Source: Scyliorhinus canicula
Taxonomy: Eukaryota
Assembly (NCBI RefSeq): GCF_902713615.1
Contig: NW_024055493.1
Coordinates: 1-64,000, forward strand
Length of the DNA: 64,000 bases
Direction: 5' to 3'
Under the pieces are notes generated by a model. The model ran no database searches. It saw only the letters and a program-made list of their open reading frames with translations, and was not told the DNA's origin. The translations under genes and the position numbers were made by a program. Of the stretch, positions 1 through 13,060 are shown piece after piece. Each line of letters starts with the position of its first letter. Positions within the stretch are counted from its first letter, which is position 1.

Positions 1-3000
1 TGGACAGGCACGCAGAGAAATAAACCCACAGGGATTGGAGGGGCATTGAGAGAAATAAACCCACAGCGATGGGACAGGCACGCAGAGAAATGAACCCACA
101 GCGATTGGACAGGCACGCAGAGAAATAAACCCACAGGGATTGGACAGGCACGCAGAGAAATAAACCCACAGGGATTGGAGGGGCACACAGAGAAATAAAC
201 CCACAGCGATTGGACAGGCACGCAGAGAAATAAACCCACAGCGATTGGACAGGCACCCAGATAAATGAACCCACAGCGATTGGACAGGCACGCAGAGAAT
301 TAAACCCACAGCGATTGGACAGGCACGCAGAGAAATAAACCCACAGCGATTGGACAGGCACGCAGAGAAATAAACCCACAGCGATTGGACAGGCACGCAG
401 AGAAATAAACCCACAGCGATTGGACGGGCACACAGAGAAAGAAACCCACAGGGATTGGACAGGCACGCAGAGAAATAAACCCACAGGGATTGGAGGGTCA
501 CACAGAGAAATAAACCCACAGGGATTGGACAGGCACGCAGAGAAATAAACCCACGGGGATTGGACAGGCACGCAGTGAAATAAACCCACAGGGATTGGAC
601 AGGCACGCAGAGAAATAAACCCACAGCCATTGGACAGGCACGCAGAGAAATAAACCCACAGGGATTGGAGGGGCATTGAGAGAAATAAACCCACAGCGAT
701 TGGACAGGCACGCAGAGAAATAAACCCACAGCGATTGGACAGGCACACAGAGAAATAAACCCACAGGGATTGGACAGGCACGCAGAGAAATAAACCCATA
801 GGGATTGGAGGGGCATTGAGAGAAATAAACCCACAGGGATTGGACAGGCACACAGAGAAATAAACCCACAGGGATTGGACAGACATACAGAGAAATAAAC
901 CCACAGGGATTGGACAGGCATACAGAGAAATAAACCCACAGGGATTGGACAGGCATGCAGAGAAATAAACCCACAGGGATTGGACAGGCACGCAGAGAAA
1001 TAAACCCACAGGGATTGGACAGGCACGCAGAGAAATAAACCCACAGCGATTGGACAGGCATACAGAGAAATAAACCCACAGCGATTGGACAGACACGCAG
1101 AGAAATAAACCCACAGGGATTGGAGGGGCACACAGAGAAATAAACCCACAGGGATTGGACAGGCACGCAGAGAAATAAACCCACAGTGATTGGACAGACA
1201 CGCAGAGAAATAAACCCACAGGGATTGGACAGGCACGCAGAGAAATAAACCCACAGCGATTGGACAGGCACGCAGAGAAATAAACCCACAGCGATTGGAC
1301 GGGCACGCAGAGAAATAAACCCACAGGGATTGGACAGGCACGCAGAGAAATAAACCCACAGGGATTGGAGGGTCACACAGAGAAATAAACCCACAGGGAT
1401 TGGACAGGCACGCAGAGAAATAAACCCGCGGGGATTGGACAGGCACGCTGATAAATAAACCCACAGCGATTGGACAGGCACGCAGAGAAATAAACCCACA
1501 GGGATTGGAGGGGCATTGAGAGAAATAAACCCACAGCGATTGGACAGGCACGCAGAGAAATAAACCCACAGCGATTGGACAGGCACACAGAGAAATGAAC
1601 CCACAGGGATTGGAGGGGCACACAGAGAAATAAACCCACAGGGATTGGACAGGCACGCAGAGAAATAAACCCACAGTGATTGGACAGGCACGCGGAGAAA
1701 TAAACCCACAGGGATTGGACAGGCAGGCAGAGAAATAAACCCACAGGGATTGGAGGGGGACGCAGAGAAATAAACCCACAGGGATTGGACAGGCACGCAG
1801 AGAAATAAACCCACAGGGATTGGACAGGCACGCAGAGAAATAAACCCACAGCGATTGGACAGGCACGCAGAGAAATATACCCACAGCGATTGGACAAGCA
1901 CGCAGAGAAATAAACCCACAGTGATTGGACAGGCACGCAGAGAAATGAACCCACAGCGATTGGACAGGCACTGAGAGAAATAAACCCACAGCGATTGGAC
2001 AAGCACGCAGAGAAATAAACCCACAGTGATTGGACAGGCACGCAGAGAAATAAACCCACAGTGATTGGACAGGCACGCAGAGAAATAAACCCACAGTGAT
2101 TGGACAGGCACGCAGAGAAATATACCCACAGCGATTGGACAGGCACACAGAGAAATAAACCCACAGGGATTGGAGGGGCACGCAGAGAAATAAACCCACA
2201 GCGATTGGACAGGCACGCAGAGAAATAAACCCACAGCGATTGGAGGGGCACGCAGAGAAATAAACCCACAGGGATTGGACAGACATACAGAGAAATAAAC
2301 CCACAGGGATTGGACAGGCATACAGAGAAATAAACCCACAGGGATTGGACAGGCATACAGAGAAATAAACCCACAGGGATTGGACAGTCACGCAGAGAAA
2401 TAAACCCACAGGGATTGGACAGGCACGCAGAGAAATAAACCCACAGCGATTGGACAGGCACACAGAGAAATAAACCCACAGGGATTGGACAGACACGCAG
2501 AGAAATAAACCCACAGCGATTGGACAGACACGCAGAGAAATAAACCCACAGCGATTGGACGGGCACGCAGAGAAATAAACCCACAGCGATTGGACAGGCA
2601 CGCAGAGAAATAAACCCACAGGGATTGGACAGGCAAGCAGAGAAATAAACCCACAGCGATTGGACAGGCACGCAGAGAAATAAACCCACAGCAATTGGAC
2701 GGGCACGCAGAGAAATAAACCCACAGCGATTGGACAGGCACACAGAGAAATAAACCCACAGGGATTGGACAGGCACACAGAGAAATAAACCCACAGGGAT
2801 TGGAGGGGCACACAGAGAAATAAACCAACAGCGATTGGACAGGCACACAGAGAAATAAACCCACAGCGATTGGACAGGCACACAGAGAAATAAACCCACA
2901 GGGATTGGACAGGCACACAGAGAAATAAACCCACAGGGATTGGAGGGGCACTGAGAGAAATAAACCCACAGGGATTGGACAGGCATACAGAGAAATAAAC

Positions 3001-6000
3001 CCACAGGGATTGGACAGGCACGGAGAGAAATAAACCCACAGGGATTGGACGGGCAAGCAGAGAAATAAACCCACAGGGATTGGACAGGCACGCAGAGAAA
3101 TAAACCCACAGGGATTGGACAGGCACGCAGAGAAATAAACCCACAGGGATTGGACAGGCACGCAGAGAAATAAACCCACAGGGATTGGACAGGCACACAG
3201 AGAAATAAACCCACAGGGATTGGACAGGCACGCAGAGAAATAAACCCACAGCGATTGGACAGGCAAACAGAGAAATAAACCCACAGCGATTGGACGGGCA
3301 CGCAGAGAAATAAAGCCACAGCGATTGGACAGGCACGCAGAGAAATAAACCCACAGGGATTGGACAGGCACACAGAGAAATAAACCCACAGCGATTGGAG
3401 GGGCACGCAGAGAAATAAACCCACAGGGATTGGAGGGGCACACAGAGAAATAAACCCACAGGGATTGGAGGGGCACACAGAGAAATAAACCCACAGGGAT
3501 TGGACAGGCACGCAGAGAAATAAACCCACAGCGATTGGACAGACACGCAGAGAAATAAACCCACAGCGATTGGACAGGCACGCAGAGAAATAAACCCACA
3601 GCGATTGGACGGGCACACAGAGAAATAAACCCACAGGGATTGGACAGGCAGGCAGAGAAATAAACCCACAGGGATTGGAGGGTCACACAGAGAAATAAAC
3701 TCACAGGGATTGGACAGGCACGCAGAGAAATAAACAAACAGGGATTGGACAGGCACTGAGAGAAATAAACCCACAGGGATTGGACAGGCACGCAGAGAAA
3801 TAAACCCACAGGGATTGGACAGGCACTGAGAGAAATAAACCCACAGGGATTGGACAGGCACTGAGAGAAATAAACCCACAGGGATTGGACAGGCACGCTG
3901 ATAAATAAACCCACAGCGATTGGACAGGCACGCAGTGAAATAAACCCACAGGGATTGGACAGGCACGCAGAGAAATAAACCCACAGGGATTGGACAGGCA
4001 CGCAGAGAAATAAACCCACAGGGATTGGACAGGCACGCAGAGAAATAAACCCACAGGGATTGGACAGGCACGCAGAGAAATAAACCCACAGGGATTGGAG
4101 GGGCATTGAGAGAAATAAACCCACAGGGATTCGACAGGCACGCAGAGAAATAAACCCACAGCGATTGGACAGGCACACAGAGAAATAAACCCTCAGGGAT
4201 TGGACACGCACGCAGCGAAATAAACCCACAGCGATTGGACAGGCACGCAGAGAAATAAACCCACAGGGATTGGACAGGCACGCAGAGAAATAAACCCACA
4301 GGGATTGGAGGGGCACACAGAGAAATAAACCCACAGGGATTGGACAGGCACGCAGAGAAATAAACCCACAGCGATTGGACAGACACGCAGAGAAATAAAC
4401 CCACAGCGATTGGACAGGCACGCAGAGAAATAAACCCACAGCGATTGGATGGGCACACAGAGAAATAAACCCACAGGGATTGGACAGGCAGGCAGAGAAA
4501 TAAACCCACAGGGATTGGAGGGTCACACAGAGAAATAAACCCACAGGGATTGGACAGGCACGCAGAGAAATAAACCCACAGGGATTGGACAGGCACTGAG
4601 AGAAATAAACCCACAGGGATTGGACAGGCACGCAGAGAAATAAACCAACAGGGATTGGACAGGCACTGAGAGAAATAAACCCACAGGGATTGGACAGGCA
4701 TACAGAGAAATAAACCCACAGGGATTGGACAGGCATACAGAGAAATAAACCCACAGGGATTGGACAGGCATACAGAGAAATAAACCCACAGGGATTGGAC
4801 AGGCGCGCAGAGAAATAAACCCACAGGGATTGGACAGGCACGCAGAGAAATAAACCCACAGCGATTGGACAGGCACGCAGAGAAATAAACCCACAGGGAT
4901 TGGACAGGCACGCAGAGAAATAAACCCACAGGGATTGGACAGGCACGCAGAGAAATAAACCCACAGGGATTGGACAGGCACGCAGAGAAATAAACCCACA
5001 GGGATTGGAGGGGCATTGAGAGAAATAAACCCACAGGGATTCGACAGGCACACAGAGAAATAAACCCACAGCGATTGGACAGGCACACAGAGAAATAAAC
5101 CCTCAGGGATTGGACACGCACGCAGTGAAATAAACCCACAGCGATTGGACAGGCACACAGAGAAATAAACCCACAGCGATTGGACAGGCACGCAGAGATA
5201 TAAACCCACAGTGATTGGACAGGCACGCAGAGAAATAAACCCACAGCGATTGGAGGGGCACACAGAGAAATAAATCCACAGGGATTGGACAGGCACGCAG
5301 AGAAATAAACCCACAGCGATTGGACAGGCACACAGAGAAATAAACCCACAGGGATTGGACAGACACGCAGAGAAATAAACCCACAGCGATTGGACAGACA
5401 CGCAGAGAAATAAACCCACAGCGATTGGACAGGCACACAGAGAAATAAACCCACAGGGATTGGACAGGCACGCAGAGAAATAAACCCACAGCGATTGGAC
5501 GGGCACACAGAGAAATAAACCCACAGCAATTGGACGGGCACGCAGAGAAATAAACCCACAGCGATTGGACAGGCACACAGAGAAATAAACCCACAGGGAT
5601 TGGACAGGCACACAGAGAAATAAACCCACAGGGATTGGAGGGGCACGCAGAGACATAAACCCACAGGGATTGGACAGGCACACAGAGAAATAAATCTACA
5701 GGGATTGGACAGGCACACAGAGAAATAAACCCACAGGGATTGGAGGGGCACTGAGAGAAATAAACCCACAGGGATTGGACAGGCACGGAGAGAAATAAAC
5801 CCACAGGGATTGGACGGGCACGCAGAGAAATAAACCCACAGGGATTGGACAGGCATACAGAGAAATAAACCCACAGGGATTGGACGGGCACGCAGAGAAA
5901 TAAACCCACAGGGATTGGACAGGCACGCAGAGAAATAAACCCACAGGGATTGGACAGGCACGCAGAGATATAAACCCACAGGGATTGGACAGGCACGCAG

Positions 6001-6925
6001 AGAAATAAACCCACAGGGATTGGACAGGCACACAGAGAAATAAACCCACAGGGATTGGACAGGCACGCAGAGAAATAAACCCACAGCGATTGGACAGGCA
6101 CACAGAGAAATAAACCCACAGCGATTGGACGGGCACGCAGAGAAATAAACCCACAGCGATTGGACAGGCACGCAGAGAAATAAACCCACAGGGATTGGAC
6201 AGGCACACAGAGAAATAAACCCACAGGGATTGGAGGGGCACACAGAGAAATAAACCCACAGGGATTGGAGGGGCACACAGAGAAATAAACCCACAGGGAT
6301 TGGACAGGCATGCAGAGAAATAAACCCACAGCGATTGGACAGACACGCAGAGAAATAAACCCACAGCGATTGGACAGGCACGCAGAGAAATAAACCCACA
6401 GCGATTGGACGGGCACACAGAGAAATAAACCCACAGGGATTGGACAGGCAGGCAGAGAAATAAACCCACAGGGATTGGAGGGTCACACAGAGAAATAAAC
6501 CCACAGGGATTGGACAGGCACGCAGAGAAATAAACCAACAGGGATTGGACAGGCACTGAGAGAAATAAACCCACAGGGATTGGACAGGCACGCAGAGAAA
6601 TAAACCCACAGGGATTGGACAGGCACTGAGAGAAATAAACCCACAGGGATTGGACAGGCACTGAGAGAAATAAACCCACAGGGATTGGAGAGGCACGCTG
6701 ATAAATAAACCCACAGCGATTGGACAGGCACGCAGTGAAATAAACCCACAGGGATTGGACAGGCACGCAGAGAAATAAACCCACAGGGAGTGGACAGGCA
6801 CACAGAGAAATAAACCCACAGCGATTGGACAGGCACACAGAGAAATAAACCCACGGGGATTGGACAGGCACACAGAGAAATAAACCCACAGGGATTGGAC
6901 AGGCACGCAGAGAAATGAACCCATA
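1..6925. repeat. 35-bp tandem satellite, about 198 copies, running off the left edge of the window
   Basis: Unit GGGATTGGACAGGCACGCAGAGAAATAAACCCACA; the same phase recurs at 1, 71 and 6721; substitution variants only. Confidence 0.98.
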
Positions 6926-7179
6926 GGGATTCGGGGACAGAATGGGGCAATGGACAGACTGGCTTCCTAAACAGAGAGCTGACATGGTCCCAAAGGGCTG
7001 AATGGCCCCATTCCCCACCCTCCACATGCTGTGATCTCAGGAGAGAAATTCAGCTGCTCCAGTCACTCCAACTGAGTCCCTCATCTCTGGTGCCTTTCTC
7101 GTAAATGTCCTCTACCCCTCTCTAAGAACTTCACATCTTTCCCAAAGTGTGGGGCCCATATATAGGTTTCCACTCTACA

Positions 7180-7640
7180 GGACAGAATTGATAAGCTCAG
7201 GGTTAGACTACACTGGGAGCACTTTCAACATTGATGATCTCCATTCAGAAAAAGGAAATAGAGGCACTGGATAAGGTGCAACAAACATTCATAATATACA
7301 GAACTGAGAGCATTTAACGCTCAGGAACTGCTGGGGCTGCTTTTTTTTTGGAAAAGAGAAGACTGATGGGTGACCTGATGGACGTCTTTCAGATTATGAA
7401 GGAATTCAATAATCCAATAGGAATGTCAGTAGAAACCTCTTTACCCAGAGAGTGGTGGGAATGTGGAACTCGTTACCACAGCGAGTGGTTGAGGTGAATA
7501 GCACGAATCCATTGAACGTAAAGCTAGATACATACATGAGGGAGAAGGAATAGAAGGAGATGCTGATGGGGGAGATGTAGAGGGGTGGGTGGAGGATCAT
7601 GTGGAGCATAAATACTGACACAGACCATGGCTAACCTCAG
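7180..7640 (+). mobile_element. CR1-type LINE 3' fragment (approximate)
   Basis: Degenerate motifs such as TTTACCCAGAGAGTGGTGGGAATGTGGAACTCG and GGGTGACCTGAT, typical of the end of CR1 ORF2. Confidence 0.7.
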
Positions 7641-8096
7641 CCGCTATGGGAATTTAACCTGTGCTGTTGGTGTCACTCAGCACAAACCAGACATCCAGTC
7701 AGCTGAGCTAACCGAGGGCAACTTGCCCCTCACACCCTGATAGTTTTATTCTGTGAGAAGCATCAAGATAAATTAAATAAAAGAACCATGTAACCACCAT
7801 AACCCATCTTCATGGCAATGTGGCATGATTTTGGGGGTTTCCAAACATAAATGGTAATGAAACATCTTCTAACCTCCAAACACCCTTTCACTCTTTGATC
7901 CATGTGAAATGTGAAACCAGATATTTGCAAGAAGGCTCAGAGAGAATCAGCACACTCGAGGTGAAGCCGTGAGACCGACCAGTCCAGCAGAAAGAAACCC
8001 TCTGACCATCCCCATTGACCAGCAGAATGAACAAAATGCAGTCCTGGATGTAACTGAGACCAGAAACAAGAACAGCAGAATCCAATCCCTGTAATC

Positions 8097-8228
8097 AGTT
8101 GTGAACTTGTTGGTGTCTTAGGAAGTGCGATGAATGACTAAATCCCTTCGCACATTGAGAGCAGGTGAATGGCCTCTCCCCAGTATGAACTCCCTGGTGT
8201 GACTGCAGATGGCATAATCAAGTGAATT
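8097..8228 (-). pseudogene. C2H2 zinc-finger gene 3' remnant (one full finger plus part of another)
   Basis: Minus strand translates ...[38 protein letters not shown]; the adjacent 7720-8096 is homologous to the 3' UTR of the ZNF at 12665-13060; the 5' side is replaced by LINE sequence. Confidence 0.8.
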
Positions 8229-8255
8229 GCGCAAATATACATGAACAGGTGTGAT

Positions 8256-8520
8256 ATGAGAACATAAGAACTAGGAGCAGGAGTAGGTCATCTTGCCCCT
8301 CGAGCCTGCTCCGCCATTCAATGAGATCATGGCTGATCTTTTATGGACTCAGTTCCACTTTCCGGCCCGAGCACCATAACCCTTAATTGCTTTATTCTTC
8401 AAAAAACGATCTATCGTTATCTTAAAAATATTTAATGAAGGAGCCTCAACTGCTTCACTGGGCAAGCAATTCCATAGATTCACAACCCTTTGGGTGAAGA
8501 AGTTCCTCCTATACTCAGTC
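8256..8520 (-). mobile_element. CR1-type LINE 3' end
   Basis: AACATAAGAACTAGGAGCAGGAGTAGG...GAGCCTGCTCCGCCATTCAAT tail; minus ORF with RRNFFTQRVVNLWNCLP. Confidence 0.8.
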
Positions 8521-8529
8521 CTATAATCG

Positions 8530-9335
8530 GGATTATGGATACGTGGCTGCAGAATGACCAGGGATGGGAATTGAATATATTCAGTATTTAGGAAGGACAG
8601 ATAAAAAGGAAAAGACAGTGGAGTGGCAGTGCTGGTTAAAGAGGAAATTAATGCAATAGTGAGGAAGGATATTAGCTCCAACAATGTGGAATCTGTATGG
8701 GTGGAGCTGAGAAACACTAAGGGGCAAAAACATTAGTGAGCATCGTATATAGACCCCCAAACTGCAGTGGTGATGTTGGGAATGGCATAAAACAGGAAAT
8801 CAGGCTGATTGTAAAAGTTTCTATAGGTATGTGAAGAGAAAAAGATTGGGGAAGACAAATGTAGGTTCCTTACAGTCAGAAACAGGGGGATGTGTAATTG
8901 GGGACAAAGTAATGGCTGAGCAAATAAATACATACTTTGGTTCTGTCTTCACAAATAAGGGCACAAATCAGATACCAGAAATGTTAGGGAAAGCAGGATT
9001 TAGTGAGGGGGGGGGGGGGAACTGAAGGAGATCAATATTAGGAGAGAAATGGTGTTGGGAAATTGATGGGATTGAAGGCTGATAAATCCCCAGGGCCTGA
9101 TAATCTGCAACCCAAAGTACTTAAAAGAAGTGGCTGTAGAAATAGATGGTGGTCACCTTCCAGGATTCTACAGACCCTGGAACAATTCCTGCAGATTGGA
9201 GTGTGCCTTATGTAATTCCACTATTGAAAAAAGGGATACAGAGAGAAAACAGGGAATTATCGACCAGTAAGCCTGACATCGGCAGTGGGGGAAAGTCTAG
9301 AATCCATTGCCAAAGATTTTGTAGCAAAGCACTTA
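8530..9335 (+). mobile_element. CR1-type LINE ORF2 fragments (endonuclease and linker), internally deleted
   Basis: Frames give VAVLVKEEINAIVRKDI...VESVWVELRNTKGQKTLVSIVYRPPN and KRKRLGKTNVGSLQSETG. Confidence 0.8.
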
Positions 9336-9679
9336 TAATAATAATCTTTATTGCCACAAGTAGGCTTACCCCACCCCTGATTAGTTGGAGGTCAATTTCA
9401 CAAGTCAGGCCTCCAATACCTTCCTGTCTATTAGTGAACAGGCCCCTTTATTCTCAGCTAAATTCAGCCCTCAGCTCCATCACCTGGCTGCCTTTGACAC
9501 AAGCAATAGAAACATAACGGTACCCGATGTTCAAATCCGAAGTCAGATTTTGTGGATTAGGGCTTCCATAAATGTCAGCAACTTCTTTAAAAGAAATTGA
9601 ATTCCCAGTCAACAAATTAAAGAATCACACAATGGACCTTTAAGTTTTATGACTTTTGATGCATCAAACTGTTACATGT

Positions 9680-9752
9680 GGGCCAGTGGCGCAATGGATA
9701 ATGCGTCTGACTACGAATCAGGAGATTCGAGGTTCGATTCCTGGCTGGCTCG
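9680..9752 (+). tRNA. tRNA-Arg-ACG: tRNA-Arg (anticodon ACG), drifted copy, possibly a pseudogene
   Basis: 73-nt GGGCCAGTGGCGCAATGG...CTACGAA...GGTTCGATTCCTGGCTGGCTCG cloverleaf with A and B boxes and TTTT at 9763-9766; one G:G mismatch in the T stem. Confidence 0.85.
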
Positions 9753-9768
9753 GTGTTCAAACTTTTAT

Positions 9769-10104
9769 GGGCACGCTGGTAGCATGGTGGTTAGCACAAT
9801 TGCTTCACAGCTCCAGGGTCCCAGGTTCGGTTCCCGGCATGGTTCACTGTCTGTGCGGAGTCTGCACGTTCTCCCGTGTGTGCGTGGGTTTCCTCCGGGT
9901 GCTCCTGTTTCCTCCCACAGTCCAAAGATCTGTAGGTTAGGTGAACTGGTCATGTGCCTTAGTGTCCAAAATTGCCCTTAGTGTTGGGTTGGGCTACTGG
10001 GTTATGGGTGGAAGGTGGGATTGGGTAGCGTGCTCTTTCAAAGAGCCGGTACCGGGGCAGACTCAATGGGCCGAATGGCCTCCTTCTGCACTGTAAAGTC
10101 TATG
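9769..10104 (+). mobile_element. tRNA-derived V-SINE-like element (HE1-like)
   Basis: tRNA-like head, central CTGTGCGGAGTCTGCACGTTCTCCCGTGTGTGCGTGGGTTTCCTCCGGGTGCTCC domain, CR1-like tail GGGCCGAATGGCCTCCTTCTGCACTGTAAA. Confidence 0.8.
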
Positions 10105-10157
10105 TTTCAAACAAACTAGAAGATATTTTAACCTACACACAGAACTTTGCTCTTTTT

Positions 10158-10448
10158 TAATAATAATAATCTTAATTATTTTCACAAGTAGGCTGACATT
10201 AACACTGCAATGTTACTGTGAAAATCCCTGAGTCGCCACAGTCGAGCGCCTGTTCGGGTACTCAGAGGGAGAATTCAGGACGCCAAATTCATCTAACAAG
10301 CACATCTTTTGGGAGGAAACCGGAGCATCCGGAGGAAACCTACCCAGACACGGGGAGAACGTGCTGACTCTGTACAACAGTGACCCAAGTGGGAATCGAA
10401 CCTGGGACCCTGGCGTTGTGAAGCAACAGTGCTTACCACTGTGTTACT
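10158..10448 (-). mobile_element. V-SINE-like element, alternative-tail subfamily
   Basis: Reverse complement of the same head and central domain (GGAGGAAACC...CACGGGGAGAACGTG; GAATCGAACCTGGG). Confidence 0.7.
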
Positions 10449-10639
10449 GTATTAAAGTTACGCAATCTAAATTCGAACTGTACAATTATGGTTACTCTGC
10501 CCTGCAAGTCGAAACTGAATTATCTCAGAACCAGTCCTAATTAATGAGTCATTCCCGAGGATTTACTTCCGTTCTTTTCACAGTTAGGCAACCTTTAATC
10601 CCAGAACTGTCTTTCACAGTGAAAGATTAGCCAGCTGCC

Positions 10640-11455
10640 AGAAAACCGAGAGTCGGCACAAATAGGCCATTTTCTGGTTGGCAAGATGTAATGAGTGGTG
10701 TGTCATAGGGATCAGTGCTGGAGCCTCAACGTTTTACAATGACTTTGATGATGGGACCAAAGGTATGCTCACTTAGTTTGCTGATGATGCAGGCAAAAAG
10801 GAAAAGGTGGTGGTGTTGCTCGGATAATAAGGGACGGCATCAGAACATTAGTAAGGGTGGATCTCAGATCAGGAATACAAAACGTGGAATATGTTTGGAT
10901 GGAGCCAAGAAACAGCATGGGGCAGGAAACATTGGTAAGAGCTGTTATAGGCCACCAAACAGTAGGGGTAGTGTGGGACATGGTATTAATCAGAGATTAG
11001 AGAAGTATGTAGCATGGGTAAAACATTAATGGGTGACTTCAATCTGCATATAGACTGGGTTAACCTAATGGACACTGATGCTGTGGAGGACACGTTTCTG
11101 GAGTGTGTTAGGGACAGTTTTCTACAGCAGTAAGTTGAGCAACCGACTAGAGAACAGGCTTTGCAGATCTAATATTATGCAATGATAAAGGGCTAATTGA
11201 TAATCGCGCTGAAAACAATCTTTAGGGATGAGTGACCAGAATATTGAATCTGAGGTATTCCAATCCGAAGCCAGGGTATTAAGTTTGATGGAAATTATGA
11301 AGGTAGAAGGGATAAATTAGCTGAGGTGGATTGGGGTAAGTAAATTAAAATGTGTGACAGTCCACAGGCAATGGATAGACTTTCAATAATTATTACACAG
11401 TTTACATTCCTTCAAGGCACAAGAACCCCAAAAGGTCAGAGAACCGTGACTACCA
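10640..11455 (+). mobile_element. CR1-type LINE ORF2 fragments (approximate)
   Basis: Degenerate RT/endonuclease motifs (GTGGTGTGTCATAGGGATCAGTGCTGG, TTTGCTGATGATGC, GGGTGACTTCAATCTGCATATAGACTGG). Confidence 0.7.
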
Positions 11456-11460
11456 GAGGG

Positions 11461-11631
11461 AAATGAAATGAAAATCGCTTATTGTCACGAGTAGGCTTCA
11501 ATGAAGTTACTGTGAAAAGCCCCTAGTCGCCACATTCCGGCGCCTGTCCGGGGAAGCTGGTACGGGAATCGAACCGTGCTGCTGGCCTGCTTTAAAAGCC
11601 AGCGAATTAGCTCAGTGAGCTAAACCAGCCC
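11461..11631 (-). mobile_element. Short (about 170 bp) tRNA-derived SINE
   Basis: Minus strand GGGGCTGGTTTAGCTCA...GGTTCGATTCCCGTACC...(CATTT)n tail; similar copies at 23240-23420 and 59185-59312. Confidence 0.75.
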
Positions 11632-12360
11632 CTAGGAGTGAAGTTTTGTAAAAGATTGAAAGAAAAGGCCGATAATATTATCAGAAATAGGAATAAACCT
11701 GAGGATTGGGACGATTTTATAATAGAGCAAAGGACCAAGACACCGAGAAAGCGAGGGAGAATAGAATATGAATGTGAACCAGCAAACTACATAAAAATGG
11801 ACGGTGGTAAAGGTTTCTATAGGTACGTAAAAAGGAAACGTTTGTCCGTTACAGATAGAGTCAGGAGAATTTAGAATGAGGAAAGCCACCTTGTTCAACA
11901 CTCTGGGATGTAGATCATCAGCTTTTGGGTATTTATTCACTTCCAACCCCATTAATTTCTCCAGTACTACTTTTTCACTAATTCTCATCTCTTACTGTTC
12001 CTTGTGCTCACGAGCCCCTTGGGTCTCTAGGGTTTGGGGGAAATTTTTGCATCTTCCTCCGTAAAGACAGACACACATTGTTCAGTTTCTCTGCCATTTC
12101 CTTACTCCCCATTATAAACTCTCCTGTCTCTGCCTGGAATGGACCCACATTGGTCTTTGCTAATCTTTTCCTTTTAACATTCCTGTCAAAGCTTTTCCAG
12201 TCGGTTTTTATGTTTCTCATCAGTTTGCTCTCAAGTTTCTTGATCCTCCTTTGCTGAATTCTAATGGATCTCATGGAATCTTTAACTTTCCTTGTTAGCC
12301 ACGGTGGCATCACTTTTCCTGTTGGATTTTTATTCTTTAAAGGAATCTTTATTTGTTGTA
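11632..12360. mobile_element. CR1-type LINE linker fragments in both orientations
   Basis: KGFYRYVKRKRL on + (11638-11874) and RNVKRKRLAKTNVGPFQAETGEFIMG on - (12008-12400 ORF). Confidence 0.7.
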
Positions 12361-12409
12361 TATATGTGAAATAAAAGTCACAAAATTCCCAGAGGACCAT
12401 AGGCTGCTC

Positions 12410-12597
12410 TCGCCATTGACAGAGAGAGAACTGACTGGAGGTGATTTAACCCGAGGGTCAGTACACCTCAGGCGAGGGGCCTGGTTGAGAAGTTTATTCA
12501 TGAATAAACTCAGCCAGTACGGGAGTTGAATCCTCACTGTTGGCCTCGCTCTGCATCACGAACCAGCCGTCCGGCCAACTGAGCTGACCGACCCCCT
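12410..12597 (-). mobile_element. tRNA-derived SINE (third family)
   Basis: Minus strand head TCAGCTCAGTTGGCCGG...GGATTCAACTCCC; related to 27985-28155. Confidence 0.65.
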
Positions 12598-13060
12598 GAT
12601 AAATATGTAATAATTCCTTAAATATTAGGTATTCCCCGTACCAATCAGTTTCCCAGTCCACCTCAGACAACTTGCCCCTCATAACCTGATAGTTTTCTTC
12701 TGTGAGGAACACCCAGAAAAATTATACAAAAGAACCATGTAACCACCAGGGCCCATCTCCATGGCAACATGGCATGCTTTGGGGGTTCCAAACAGAAATG
12801 GAAACGAAATATCTTCAAACTTCCAAACACCCTTTCACTCTGTGATCCTTGTGCAATTTGAAGCCAGGTATTAGCAACACGGCTCAAAGAGCATCAGCCC
12901 ACTGGAGGCAAAATGGTGAGACCAGCCAGTACAGCAGAAAGAAACCTTCCAACCATCCCCACTGACCACCTGTCAGAATGAAAAAATGCAGTCCTGGGTG
13001 TAGAGCAGAAACAATAACAGCAGAATCCAACCCCTGTAATCGATTGTGAAATTGTTGGTG

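Noticed and set aside
498-7027. Long Cys-rich ORFs (up to 893 aa) on the minus strand
   Set aside because: They result from a 35-bp unit with no stop codon in any minus frame; all three frames give the same periodic peptide.
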